Assembly: GCF_048403405.1 (NCBI RefSeq)
Contig: NZ_CP183129.1
DNA: 64,000 bases
Source: Escherichia coli
Lineage (GTDB): Bacteria > Pseudomonadota > Gammaproteobacteria > Enterobacterales > Enterobacteriaceae
Direction: 5' to 3' (one strand)
Shown piece by piece: positions 33,393 to 42,693 of the stretch. The notes below the pieces were generated by a model, which was given only the letters and a program-made list of their open reading frames with translations, had not been told where the DNA came from and searched no databases. The first letter of the stretch is position 1, and the number at the start of each line of letters is the position of its first letter. The position numbers and the translations under genes are program-made.

Positions 33393-35329
33393 AACCCACT
33401 TTATATACTGCTACTGGTGAGTGCGTTACGCCAGGCTGTGAACTGGGCAAAGGTGGCGAAGGCGCGGTTTATGATATCGAGGAGTTTGTCGATAGCGTCG
33501 CCAAGATTTATCACACGCCGCCACCCGCCTTAAAACAGGACAAACTTGCCTTTATGGCTGCGACAGCTGACGCACAGTTGCTGAATTATGTCGCCTGGCC
33601 GCAGGCAACGCTTCACGGTGGACGAGGCGGAAAAGTTATCGGTTTTATGATGCCAAAAGTTTCTGGTAAAGAACCGATTCATATGATCTATAGCCCGGCA
33701 CATCGTCGCCAGAGTTACCCTCATTGTGCGTGGGATTTTCTACTCTATGTTGCGCGTAATATTGCTTCATCTTTTGCTACGGTTCACGAGCACGGGCATG
33801 TCGTGGGTGACGTAAACCAGAACAGCTTTATGGTAGGCCGTGACAGCAAAGTGGTGTTGATTGATAGCGACTCCTTTCAGATTAACGCCAACGGCACACT
33901 GCATTTATGCGAAGTCGGCGTGTCGCATTTTACGCCGCCAGAGCTGCAAACCTTGCCATCATTTGTCGGCTTTGAACGCACCGCGAATCACGATAATTTT
34001 GGCCTTGCGTTGCTGATTTTTCACGTCTTGTTTGGTGGTCGGCATCCTTATTCCGGTGTACCGCTTATCTCTGATGCGGGTAATGCGCTGGAGACGGATA
34101 TTGCCCATTTCCGTTATGCCTACGCGTCAGATAATCAGCGACGTGGTTTAAAACCGCCGCCACGATCTATTCCGCTGTCGATGTTACCGGGCGATGTTGA
34201 AGCCATGTTTCAGCAGGCATTCACGGAAAGTGGCGTGGCAACCGCGCGTCCGACGGCAAAAGCGTGGGTAGCGGCACTTGATTTACTACGCCAACAGTTA
34301 AAGAAATGTACCGTTTCGGCAATGCATGTTTACCCCGGTCATTTGACTGACTGCCCGTGGTGTGCGCTGGATAATCAAGGCGTTATCTATTTTATTGATC
34401 TCGGCGAAGAGGTCATTACCACCGGCGGTGATTTTGTGCTGGCGAAAGTCTGGGCAATGGTGATGGCGTCAGTAGCACCACCAGCATTGCAACTGCCATT
34501 ACCCGATCATTTCCAACCGACTGGCAGGCCGCTTCCTTTAGGCCTGTTACGGCGTGAATACATCATTCTGATTGAGATCGCACTGTCAGCGTTATCGCTG
34601 CTGCTTTGCGGCCTTCAGGTAGAACCGCGTTATATCATTTTGGTTCCCGTGCTGGCGGCTATCTGGATTATTGGCAGCCTGACAAGCAAAGCGTACAAAG
34701 CAGAAATCCAGCAACGTCGTGAGGCGTTTAATCGCGCGAAAATGGACTATGACCATTTAGTAAGCCAGATCCAACGGCTGGGCGGGCTGGAAGGTTTTAT
34801 CGCCAAACGGGCGATGATCGAAAAAATGAAGGACGAAATTCTCGGGTTACCGGAAGAGGAGAAACGCGCTCTGGCAGCACTTCATGACACTGCAAGGGAA
34901 CGGCAGAAGCAGAAGTTTCTGGAGGGATTTTTTATTGATGTTGCCTCTATTCCCGGCGTTGGCCCTGCGCGTAAAGCGGCGTTACGGTCTTTTGGTATTG
35001 AAACAGCCGCAGATGTTACCCGTCGTGGCGTTAAGCAAGTGAAAGGGTTTGGCGACCATCTGACCCAGGCGGTTATCGACTGGAAAGCGAGTTGTGAACG
35101 CCGTTTTGTGTTCAGGCCGAACGAAGCGGTAACGCCTGCAGACAGACAAGCGGTACTGACTAAAATGGCCGCCAAACGACATCGGCTGGAATCGACGTTG
35201 ACTGTCGGCGCGACAGAGTTGCAGCGATTCCGCCTTCAAGCTCCAGCACGGACCATGCCGTTGATGGAACCGTTACGTCAGGCGGCAGAAAAACTGGCTC
35301 AGGCGCAGGCTGAATTAAGCCGTTGCTGA
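33380..35329 (+). CDS. yegI: Atypical membrane Ser/Thr protein kinase with C-terminal helix-hairpin-helix region, about 646-649 aa
   Basis: ORF track; start may be 33380, 33383 or 33389, all overlapping the yegK stop; Gly-rich loop GKGGEGAVY, VAKIY Lys, HGHVVGDVNQN catalytic-loop-like, DSDSF; two predicted TM helices; HhH-like IPGVGPARKAALRSFGI. Confidence 0.8.
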   Translation: MVTMKPTLYTATGECVTPGCELGKGGEGAVYDIEEFVDSVAKIYHTPPPALKQDKLAFMAATADAQLLNYVAWPQATLHGGRGGKVIGFMMPKVSGKEPIHMIYSPAHRRQSYPHCAWDFLLYVARNIASSFATVHEHGHVVGDVNQNSFMVGRDSKVVLIDSDSFQINANGTLHLCEVGVSHFTPPELQTLPSFVGFERTANHDNFGLALLIFHVLFGGRHPYSGVPLISDAGNALETDIAHFRYAYASDNQRRGLKPPPRSIPLSMLPGDVEAMFQQAFTESGVATARPTAKAWVAALDLLRQQLKKCTVSAMHVYPGHLTDCPWCALDNQGVIYFIDLGEEVITTGGDFVLAKVWAMVMASVAPPALQLPLPDHFQPTGRPLPLGLLRREYIILIEIALSALSLLLCGLQVEPRYIILVPVLAAIWIIGSLTSKAYKAEIQQRREAFNRAKMDYDHLVSQIQRLGGLEGFIAKRAMIEKMKDEILGLPEEEKRALAALHDTARERQKQKFLEGFFIDVASIPGVGPARKAALRSFGIETAADVTRRGVKQVKGFGDHLTQAVIDWKASCERRFVFRPNEAVTPADRQAVLTKMAAKRHRLESTLTVGATELQRFRLQAPARTMPLMEPLRQAAEKLAQAQAELSRC

Positions 35330-35341
35330 GCCAGTTTTCAA

Positions 35342-36694
35342 TTAACGAAACACCACTTCCGCCCAGCGTGCCAGCCCGGCGGTGACGGAGCCAAAGTCAT
35401 CGCCGCCTGCAATCGGAATGCCCGGCAACTGTTCTGCCAGCGCCTTTTTAATCAGCGGTGAACGGGCGCTACCGCCGGTCAGGTAGATAACGTCCGGTTT
35501 TTCCTGGGCGTTATCCAGGGCCAGTTGCACCTGTTCCAGAATCCGCGCCAGTGGCTGGCTGAGGGCGCTTTCCAGCCCTTGCTGGCTAATCAGCGTAGCC
35601 AGTTCATCGCTGATAAACGGCAGTGAGGCGCGGGTTTCCGCTACGCTTGAAAGCGCAATTTTGCTCTCTTCTGCGCTACGTACCAGGCGATAGCTTAAAC
35701 GCTGACGCCAGACTTTCTGTAACAGGGCCACTTTTTCCGGTTCGCGGGCATCGCGTACCAGATCGTTAAGCAGACGACCGTTGGCACTACTGTAGAAATC
35801 ACTTTGCGCAGGGACGTCGTTGATGGCAACCGCATTCCACCACGGCAGAATCGGCAGGGCGATGCCTTTTTCGGTTTCGCCCCCCATGCCCAGTAACGGC
35901 ATCAGGTTTTTAAACGCCAGTGCGATATCCAGATCGTTACCGCCAATACGGCAACCACTGTGACCCAGCAGGCTGGCTTCACGATCGAGACGCGAACGCC
36001 ACTGCGGCCCCATCAGCAGCAATGAACAGTCAGTCGTACCACCGCCGATATCCACCACCAGCACCCGTTTTTCTTCCTGCAAGGTGGCTTCGTAATCCAG
36101 CCCAGCCGCGACCGGCTCGTACTGGAATACCACATCCTTAAACCCGGCACGCTTCGCCGCGCGTTCCAGAATCCCCTGCGCCTGGGTGTTTGCTTCATCG
36201 CCGCCAAGCCCCTGGAAGTTGATAGGGCGACCAATTACCGCCTGAGTAATCGCATCCGGCAGCTGTGCCTGCGCCTGCTGGCGAATGTGCAACATCATTG
36301 CGCAGACCAGATCCTCAAACAGCGCTACCTGCTGCGGTTTTAAGCCGCTGGCACCGAGGAACGATTTTGGTGATTTCACAAACCACACTTCTTCTGGATC
36401 ATCAATGTACTGTGCCAGTGAGGAAAGACCGAACTGCACGCTTTTCGCCGTAACATCGATATCTTCTTCGCGGTTATAACGAATCGCCCGACGCAACAGC
36501 GCCTGCGTTTCATCGTCGTCTGCCGGAACATCATGATGGCGGTACAGCCATTCGCTTACCGCTTCACGCGTTGGCGCGCAAAGCATTGAAGGCAGCAGCG
36601 TGCTGTCGTTTTCCATTTTCAGTAATTGCGGCTTACCGTCGCGCATGACCGCCACTGAACAGTTTGCTGTACCGTAATCAAAACCAATAAACAC
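35342..36694 (-). CDS. yegD: Hsp70/actin-fold ATPase-domain protein, 450 aa, GTG start
   Basis: ORF 35342..36757; start moved to GTG (VFIGFDYGTANC) to match YegD length as recalled; convergent with yegI with a 12-bp gap. Confidence 0.8.
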   Translation of the reverse strand: MFIGFDYGTANCSVAVMRDGKPQLLKMENDSTLLPSMLCAPTREAVSEWLYRHHDVPADDDETQALLRRAIRYNREEDIDVTAKSVQFGLSSLAQYIDDPEEVWFVKSPKSFLGASGLKPQQVALFEDLVCAMMLHIRQQAQAQLPDAITQAVIGRPINFQGLGGDEANTQAQGILERAAKRAGFKDVVFQYEPVAAGLDYEATLQEEKRVLVVDIGGGTTDCSLLLMGPQWRSRLDREASLLGHSGCRIGGNDLDIALAFKNLMPLLGMGGETEKGIALPILPWWNAVAINDVPAQSDFYSSANGRLLNDLVRDAREPEKVALLQKVWRQRLSYRLVRSAEESKIALSSVAETRASLPFISDELATLISQQGLESALSQPLARILEQVQLALDNAQEKPDVIYLTGGSARSPLIKKALAEQLPGIPIAGGDDFGSVTAGLARWAEVVFR

Positions 36695-36766
36695 GAAATA
36701 ATCCCCATGCCGGTGAAGAAGGGGCGTGACTTTAGCGAAATGTTGCCGTCGCGACAACCGGAATAT

Positions 36767-36779
36767 GAAAGCAAAGCGT
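36767..36779 (+). promoter_or_regulatory. Ada-box-like motif (aaagcaaagcgta) upstream of alkA
   Basis: Read from sequence about 50 bp upstream of the alkA ATG; alkA is Ada-regulated in E. coli; exact consensus match not verified. Confidence 0.35.
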
Positions 36780-36827
36780 AGCGTCTGAATAACGTTTATG
36801 CTGAAAGCGGATTAACAAGGAGATGCG

Positions 36828-37685
36828 ATGTATACCCTGAACTGGCAGCCGCCGTATGACTGGTCGTGGATGTTGGGATTTCTCGCCGCCCGTGCGGTGA
36901 ACGGTGTGGAAACGGTCGCTGACGATTATTATGCCCGTAGTCTGGCGGTGGGCGAATATCGCGGCGTGGTGACTGCTATTCCGGATATAGCCCGCCATAC
37001 TCTGCACATAAATTTAAGTGCAGGTTTAGAACCTGTTGCCGCAGAGTGTCTGGCGAAAATGAGCCGCCTGTTTGATCTGCAATGTAACCCGCAGATTGTT
37101 AACGGTGCGTTGGGCAAGTTAGGCGCGGCGCGGCCCGGATTGCGTTTACCCGGCAGTGTTGATGCTTTTGAGCAGGGCGTGCGGGCGATTTTAGGCCAAC
37201 TGGTGAGCGTGGCGATGGCGGCAAAATTGACCGCCAGAGTGGCACAGCTTTATGGCGAACGGCTGGATGATTTTCCGGATTATGTCTGCTTCCCCACGCC
37301 TCAGCGGCTGGCAGCAGCCGACCCGCAGGCATTAAAAGCGTTAGGTATGCCGTTGAAACGGGCAGAGGCGCTGATTAATCTGGCAAATGCGGCGCTGGAG
37401 GGCACCTTACCAATGACAATTCCGGGCGACGTAGAGCAAGCGATGAAAACGCTGCAAACTTTTCCGGGTATCGGGCGCTGGACGGCGAATTATTTCGCCT
37501 TACGTGGCTGGCAGGCGAAAGATGTTTTCCTGCCGGATGATTATCTGATTAAACAGCGATTTCCGGGAATGACACCGGCACAAATCCGCCGTTATGCCGA
37601 ACGCTGGAAGCCCTGGCGTTCTTATGCGCTGTTGCATATCTGGTATACGGAAGGCTGGCAACCAGACGGAACGGACGAATTGTAG
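36828..37685 (+). CDS. alkA: 3-methyladenine DNA glycosylase II, 285 aa
   Basis: ORF track; recognised AlkA sequence; C-terminus (…WQPDGTDEL) differs slightly from the K-12 protein as recalled. Confidence 0.9.
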   Translation: MYTLNWQPPYDWSWMLGFLAARAVNGVETVADDYYARSLAVGEYRGVVTAIPDIARHTLHINLSAGLEPVAAECLAKMSRLFDLQCNPQIVNGALGKLGAARPGLRLPGSVDAFEQGVRAILGQLVSVAMAAKLTARVAQLYGERLDDFPDYVCFPTPQRLAAADPQALKALGMPLKRAEALINLANAALEGTLPMTIPGDVEQAMKTLQTFPGIGRWTANYFALRGWQAKDVFLPDDYLIKQRFPGMTPAQIRRYAERWKPWRSYALLHIWYTEGWQPDGTDEL

Positions 37686-37708
37686 GCCTGATACGCCGCA
37701 TCAGGCGA
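37681..37708. repeat. REP-like hairpin (gcctgat-acgccgc-atcaggc) between convergent alkA and dgcE
   Basis: Perfect 7-bp inverted repeat read from sequence; REP-like. Confidence 0.5.
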
Positions 37709-37722
37709 TGGGGAAGCACGCC

Positions 37723-40700
37723 TCAGTTAATCGCGAAATAACTGCTATTCACCAGCAAATCCAGCGGTTGGGCATCGGCAATCACATCGCCATAAATCAG
37801 ATCGACGCCGATGCCAGAAAGCGTATCCATCACCAGGGGTAAAACTACTGGCCCGGCGATGGTCTTCATCCCGAGCCGCTGAGCGTGCCCCTGAATGATC
37901 GTAATCAGCATCTCATCCATCAAATTTCCCTGCACGTTGGCGCATAACTCACCATCAAGTAGCAGGTAATCTGCCATATTCGCTTTCAGCGAGTTGAAGA
38001 TTTGCAGATCGCGGCCCACCTGACTGAATACGATCCGACATCCCGCCAGCCGCAGTTTTTGCACGTTTTCTGCGTGATCTAAAATCGCGTCTGCCGGAAT
38101 AATCAGATGTAATAACCGTGGTGGTAGAGGGCTATTTTCCAGCTGCTCAATTAGTTCATTCACCAGCGTGGCGCTACTCAAACCGGCAACGGAAAGCGGG
38201 AGGGCGATGCTTATACCTTTACTGGCAACCGCTTTGGCGGCCTGCTGGAAAAAATCGTGGAATACCCGTCGGTCAAGAGCATGGCTAAGTGCCGGATCGC
38301 TGAAGCTACGACGAAATGTTTGTTCATCAATAATCTCGCCTTCGCAACTCCAGAGCTTAAGTGAAATCAGCCACAAATTACGCGCTTGCGGGATCCGCGG
38401 CGAAGCGACACCGTGGGCGATCATCATCAACTGATTCTCTTTAATCATCCGCCACTGTTCATCAAGCGACATCACCGCCCGTTCGCTATTTGTGGCAGCT
38501 TGCTGCGGTTCGTAAACCGTCACCCGGCCCCGTCCACCATTTTTGGAGGCATAACAGGCGATATCGGCCTGCGACATCACTTCAGCCGCCTGATGATTGT
38601 TGTCATCAATCAAGGTAATCCCGGCACTGGCACCTACCCGATGTACTCGTCCTTCCCAGATAAAGTGATAGTCATTCACGGCGCTGATAATGCGTGTAGC
38701 GATAAAACGCGCACTTTCGACATTACAATCTGGCAGCAGCAGACCAAATTCATCGCCACCGAGTCGCGCCAGCACGTCGCTGGAGCGCAGCATACTCAGC
38801 ATCAATGACGCCAGTTCGCGCAGTAAAGCGTCGCCAGCGGCGTGCCCGGCGCTGTCATTCACCGCTTTAAAGCGATCAAGATCGATAAACACCAGTGCAT
38901 GTCGCTGATGTGTACTGTTTACCGTTTGCAGCAGGATGCGTAGTTGCTTCTCAAAACTGGCGCGATTGGCGAGATGCGTCAGTGCATCATGGGAGGCGCT
39001 GTAGCTCAGCTGGCGCAGCATTTTGCGCGATTCGGTGACGTCCTGAATCACCAGAACCGAACCAATATTGCTGCCGTCCAGAGTACTTAACGGCGTAATA
39101 CTGTAATGCACGTCGTAGCTGCCGCCGCTTCGGCAGTGCAACACCACATCTTGTTCAATCGCGGAACGTGAGGTGTCGGCACTGTAAATGTTCTCCATTA
39201 ATGGTCCGTTGTCGCCAAAAGTAATATGCAACACCGTCAGGAGCGGAACACCTAACGCTTCTTCCTGCGTCCAGCCGCTCATCTTCTCCGCCACCGGATT
39301 CATAAAGGTAATTTTCATCGCCATATCAATACAGACCACGGCTTCACCGATGGAATCAAGCGTAATGTGCAGGCGCTCTTTTTCCTGAAACAATGCCTCG
39401 TTAAGCTGTTTAACCTCGGTCATATCCATATTAATGCCGAGCAGACGTTCGACTTCGCCTTCTTTATTCAGTACCCGGTTGGCGAGGGCGCGGATATGGC
39501 GGATGCCATCTTTCACGGCAATGCGAAATTCCAGCTTAAAGGGCGAGCGTGATTGCAATGAATCGCGAATCACTTTTTCGGCGTGCTGGCGATCTTCCGG
39601 CAGCACGCACTCGTACCACACCTGCCAGTTCGGTTTGATATGCGGAGGAATTTCATACAGCTCGAACATCCGCTTATCCCAGCTAAAAATATTCGGCTTT
39701 AGCTCCCACTCCCAGATGCCAATCCCGCCCGCTTCGTTAGCCAGCGTGATGCGCTCCATCAGTTGCTGATTCACCTGTTCGGTGCGTTTTAGCTCGTTAA
39801 TGTCTTCAATCTGAGCGATAAAATAGAGCGGCGTACCATCGGTGTGGCGCACCAGTGAGACGGCAAGCAACGCCCAGACAACATCGCCATTGCGGTTGTA
39901 GTAGCGTTTTTCCATTGAATAGGTGTTTATTTCACCGCTGATCAGCTTTTCAACCTGTTGCAGATCTTTATTGAGATCCTCCGGCCAGGTCAGTTGCTGA
40001 AAGGTGAGTCCGCGCAGCTCTTCCTGACTGTAACCGAGAAACTGGCAGAGTGCTTTGTTGGATTGCAGCCATTGCCCCTCGGTGCCCACTAATGCCATGC
40101 CGATGGCGGAATATTCCATGGCGTTACGAAAACGGGTTTCGCTTTCGGAAATGTGTTTGCGTTCCGCACGAAAGGCATACATCACCATGGTCATGATGTT
40201 GGCGGGCAGCAGGATCAGCAAAAACGGTAGCCACGGCATATGGCTCATCAGGTATGTACGCGGCGTAGCAAGCAGGGAGGGATCCGCGGCCATCATCAGT
40301 GACACCATCATCACCGTGGTAAGGAAGATCAAAAAGGCTTCCATTCGTGGCAGGCGCACGGCGCTCCACATCAACAGCACAATAATGAAAGTAAAAGGCC
40401 ACGGCAGATACAGCATCGAAAGCCAGCTTAACGTCAGTGTGATGGCTAACGTGAGCAGCGACTCAAAAAGCAACCGTGGGTTGCGATGGCGCAGCAGATA
40501 GTGTGGTTTAAATAACAATCCCAGCGGCACCAGTGCCAGTGCGCCGATGGATTCTGACAGTACCCATATCAAAAATGCCCTGAGAGGATCGTCTCCGGGC
40601 GTCAGCAGGATAACCAGAACACCCCCTAACAGAGGTGGAACAATGGCGCTGCCGAGTGCCAGACGCAGCCAGTCAGCCAGATTTTGCAATGGGTTATACC

Positions 40701-41040
40701 ACGGCAGCAATTTACGCAGTAGCACTGCCCCGACCACGGCTTCAACAATATTGATGGTCGTCCAGGTCATGTTCAGCGAGCTGGTGGAAAAAAGCAGGAT
40801 GGATGCGGCGATATTTCCCAGCGAGCAGCTCAGCGCAATCCCCGGCCACATGCGCCCGGCATGGCGATAAAACGCCACCATCATGATGGACGTCGGGAAC
40901 CACAGTGGGGCGAGTTGGGTGCCAAACTGCGAAAGCTCAAGCGAGAAAAGGGTAAAGATAAACGAGACTAAACCTAAACTGACCAGGTGAAGCAGCGGGT
41001 GGGGCAGGGCAATTAATACATGCTGTGATTGTTTGCTCAT
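37723..41040 (-). CDS. dgcE: Multidomain c-di-GMP protein (membrane sensor, PAS, GGDEF, EAL), 1105 aa
   Basis: ORF track; GGDEF motif (RLGGDEFGLLL) present; matches YegE/DgcE as recalled. Confidence 0.9.
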   Translation of the reverse strand: MSKQSQHVLIALPHPLLHLVSLGLVSFIFTLFSLELSQFGTQLAPLWFPTSIMMVAFYRHAGRMWPGIALSCSLGNIAASILLFSTSSLNMTWTTINIVEAVVGAVLLRKLLPWYNPLQNLADWLRLALGSAIVPPLLGGVLVILLTPGDDPLRAFLIWVLSESIGALALVPLGLLFKPHYLLRHRNPRLLFESLLTLAITLTLSWLSMLYLPWPFTFIIVLLMWSAVRLPRMEAFLIFLTTVMMVSLMMAADPSLLATPRTYLMSHMPWLPFLLILLPANIMTMVMYAFRAERKHISESETRFRNAMEYSAIGMALVGTEGQWLQSNKALCQFLGYSQEELRGLTFQQLTWPEDLNKDLQQVEKLISGEINTYSMEKRYYNRNGDVVWALLAVSLVRHTDGTPLYFIAQIEDINELKRTEQVNQQLMERITLANEAGGIGIWEWELKPNIFSWDKRMFELYEIPPHIKPNWQVWYECVLPEDRQHAEKVIRDSLQSRSPFKLEFRIAVKDGIRHIRALANRVLNKEGEVERLLGINMDMTEVKQLNEALFQEKERLHITLDSIGEAVVCIDMAMKITFMNPVAEKMSGWTQEEALGVPLLTVLHITFGDNGPLMENIYSADTSRSAIEQDVVLHCRSGGSYDVHYSITPLSTLDGSNIGSVLVIQDVTESRKMLRQLSYSASHDALTHLANRASFEKQLRILLQTVNSTHQRHALVFIDLDRFKAVNDSAGHAAGDALLRELASLMLSMLRSSDVLARLGGDEFGLLLPDCNVESARFIATRIISAVNDYHFIWEGRVHRVGASAGITLIDDNNHQAAEVMSQADIACYASKNGGRGRVTVYEPQQAATNSERAVMSLDEQWRMIKENQLMMIAHGVASPRIPQARNLWLISLKLWSCEGEIIDEQTFRRSFSDPALSHALDRRVFHDFFQQAAKAVASKGISIALPLSVAGLSSATLVNELIEQLENSPLPPRLLHLIIPADAILDHAENVQKLRLAGCRIVFSQVGRDLQIFNSLKANMADYLLLDGELCANVQGNLMDEMLITIIQGHAQRLGMKTIAGPVVLPLVMDTLSGIGVDLIYGDVIADAQPLDLLVNSSYFAIN

Positions 41041-41357
41041 TACCGCTTTATCCGCAAGACCAGGTCGCCAGTATTCGTTTCTGTGTTTATGCTAGTACAA
41101 AAGTTTTACATTTTATATGCGAATTGCTCATAAAGTGACGTAAAGGCGGATAATTTGCGCAACTGCGTATAACAATTTTTACCTTGTATAAAACTGATCA
41201 ACGTAATTTGCCACCGGGAATTCTTCGTCAACAATTAACTCTGAGCGCGCGGCAACGCTATTCGACTGGTATCAGGCGGATGAAATCCCTATAATTGCCG
41301 CGTTTGGCGCTTCGTCGCCCCCTTCCTAACATCCAGGTTAATCAGGTCGCTAAATAT

Positions 41358-41999
41358 ATGACTGATCAGTCTCATCAGTGCGTCATTATCGGTATCGCTG
41401 GCGCATCGGCTTCCGGCAAGAGTCTTATTGCCAGTACCCTTTATCGTGAATTACGTGAGCAAGTCGGTGATGAACACATCGGCGTAATTCCCGAAGACTG
41501 CTATTACAAAGATCAAAGCCATCTGTCGATGGAAGAACGCGTTAAGACCAACTACGACCATCCCAGCGCGATGGATCACAGCCTGCTGCTTGAGCATTTA
41601 CAAGCGTTGAAACGCGGCTCGGCAATTGACCTGCCGGTTTACAGCTATGTTGAACATACGCGTATGAAAGAAACGGTGACGGTTGAGCCGAAGAAGGTCA
41701 TCATTCTCGAAGGCATTTTGCTGCTGACGGATGCGCGTTTGCGTGACGAACTTAACTTCTCAATTTTCGTTGATACCCCGCTGGATATCTGCCTGATGCG
41801 CCGCATTAAGCGTGACGTTAACGAGCGTGGGCGTTCAATGGATTCAGTGATGGCGCAATATCAAAAAACCGTGCGTCCGATGTTCCTGCAATTCATTGAG
41901 CCTTCTAAACAATATGCGGACATTATCGTGCCGCGCGGCGGGAAAAACCGCATCGCCATCGATATATTGAAAGCGAAAATAAGTCAGTTCTTTGAATAA
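41358..41999 (+). CDS. udk: Uridine/cytidine kinase, 213 aa
   Basis: ORF 41295..41999; start moved to MTDQSHQC; P-loop [11 protein letters not shown]. Confidence 0.9.
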
Positions 42000-42090
42000 G
42001 CTTGATAAATTGTGTACCGTTCAGTGATAACCTGGTATGCCCTTGACGTAATTGGCGTTAAGGGAGTGATGCGCGAAAGGAGAAAATGCC

Positions 42091-42672
42091 ATGCGTCTGT
42101 GTGACCGAGATATTGAAGCCTGGCTTGATGAAGGCCGTTTGTCGATCAACCCACGTCCGCCAGTGGAGCGTATTAACGGCGCGACGGTGGATGTGCGCCT
42201 GGGCAATAAATTTCGTACCTTCCGTGGTCACACGGCAGCGTTTATCGATCTGAGCGGTCCCAAAGATGAAGTGAGCGCCGCGCTTGACCGCGTGATGAGC
42301 GATGAGATCGTTCTCGATGAAAGCGAGGCGTTCTATCTTCACCCAGGAGAGCTGGCGCTGGCGGTGACGCTGGAGTCGGTGACGCTGCCAGCCGATCTGG
42401 TGGGCTGGCTGGACGGGCGTTCTTCACTGGCGCGTCTGGGGCTGATGGTGCACGTCACCGCGCACCGTATCGATCCGGGCTGGTCTGGCTGCATTGTGCT
42501 GGAGTTCTACAACTCCGGTAAGCTGCCGCTGGCGCTGCGTCCGGGCATGTTAATTGGTGCGCTGAGCTTTGAGCCGCTTTCCGGCCCGGCGGCGCGACCT
42601 TACAACCGCCGTGAAGATGCGAAATATCGCAACCAGCAGGGCGCGGTAGCCAGCCGAATCGATAAAGACTAA
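42091..42672 (+). CDS. dcd: dCTP deaminase, 193 aa
   Basis: ORF track; recognised Dcd sequence. Confidence 0.9.
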   Translation: MRLCDRDIEAWLDEGRLSINPRPPVERINGATVDVRLGNKFRTFRGHTAAFIDLSGPKDEVSAALDRVMSDEIVLDESEAFYLHPGELALAVTLESVTLPADLVGWLDGRSSLARLGLMVHVTAHRIDPGWSGCIVLEFYNSGKLPLALRPGMLIGALSFEPLSGPAARPYNRREDAKYRNQQGAVASRIDKD

Positions 42673-42693
42673 TTCAGGCCCATTGAGGATACC

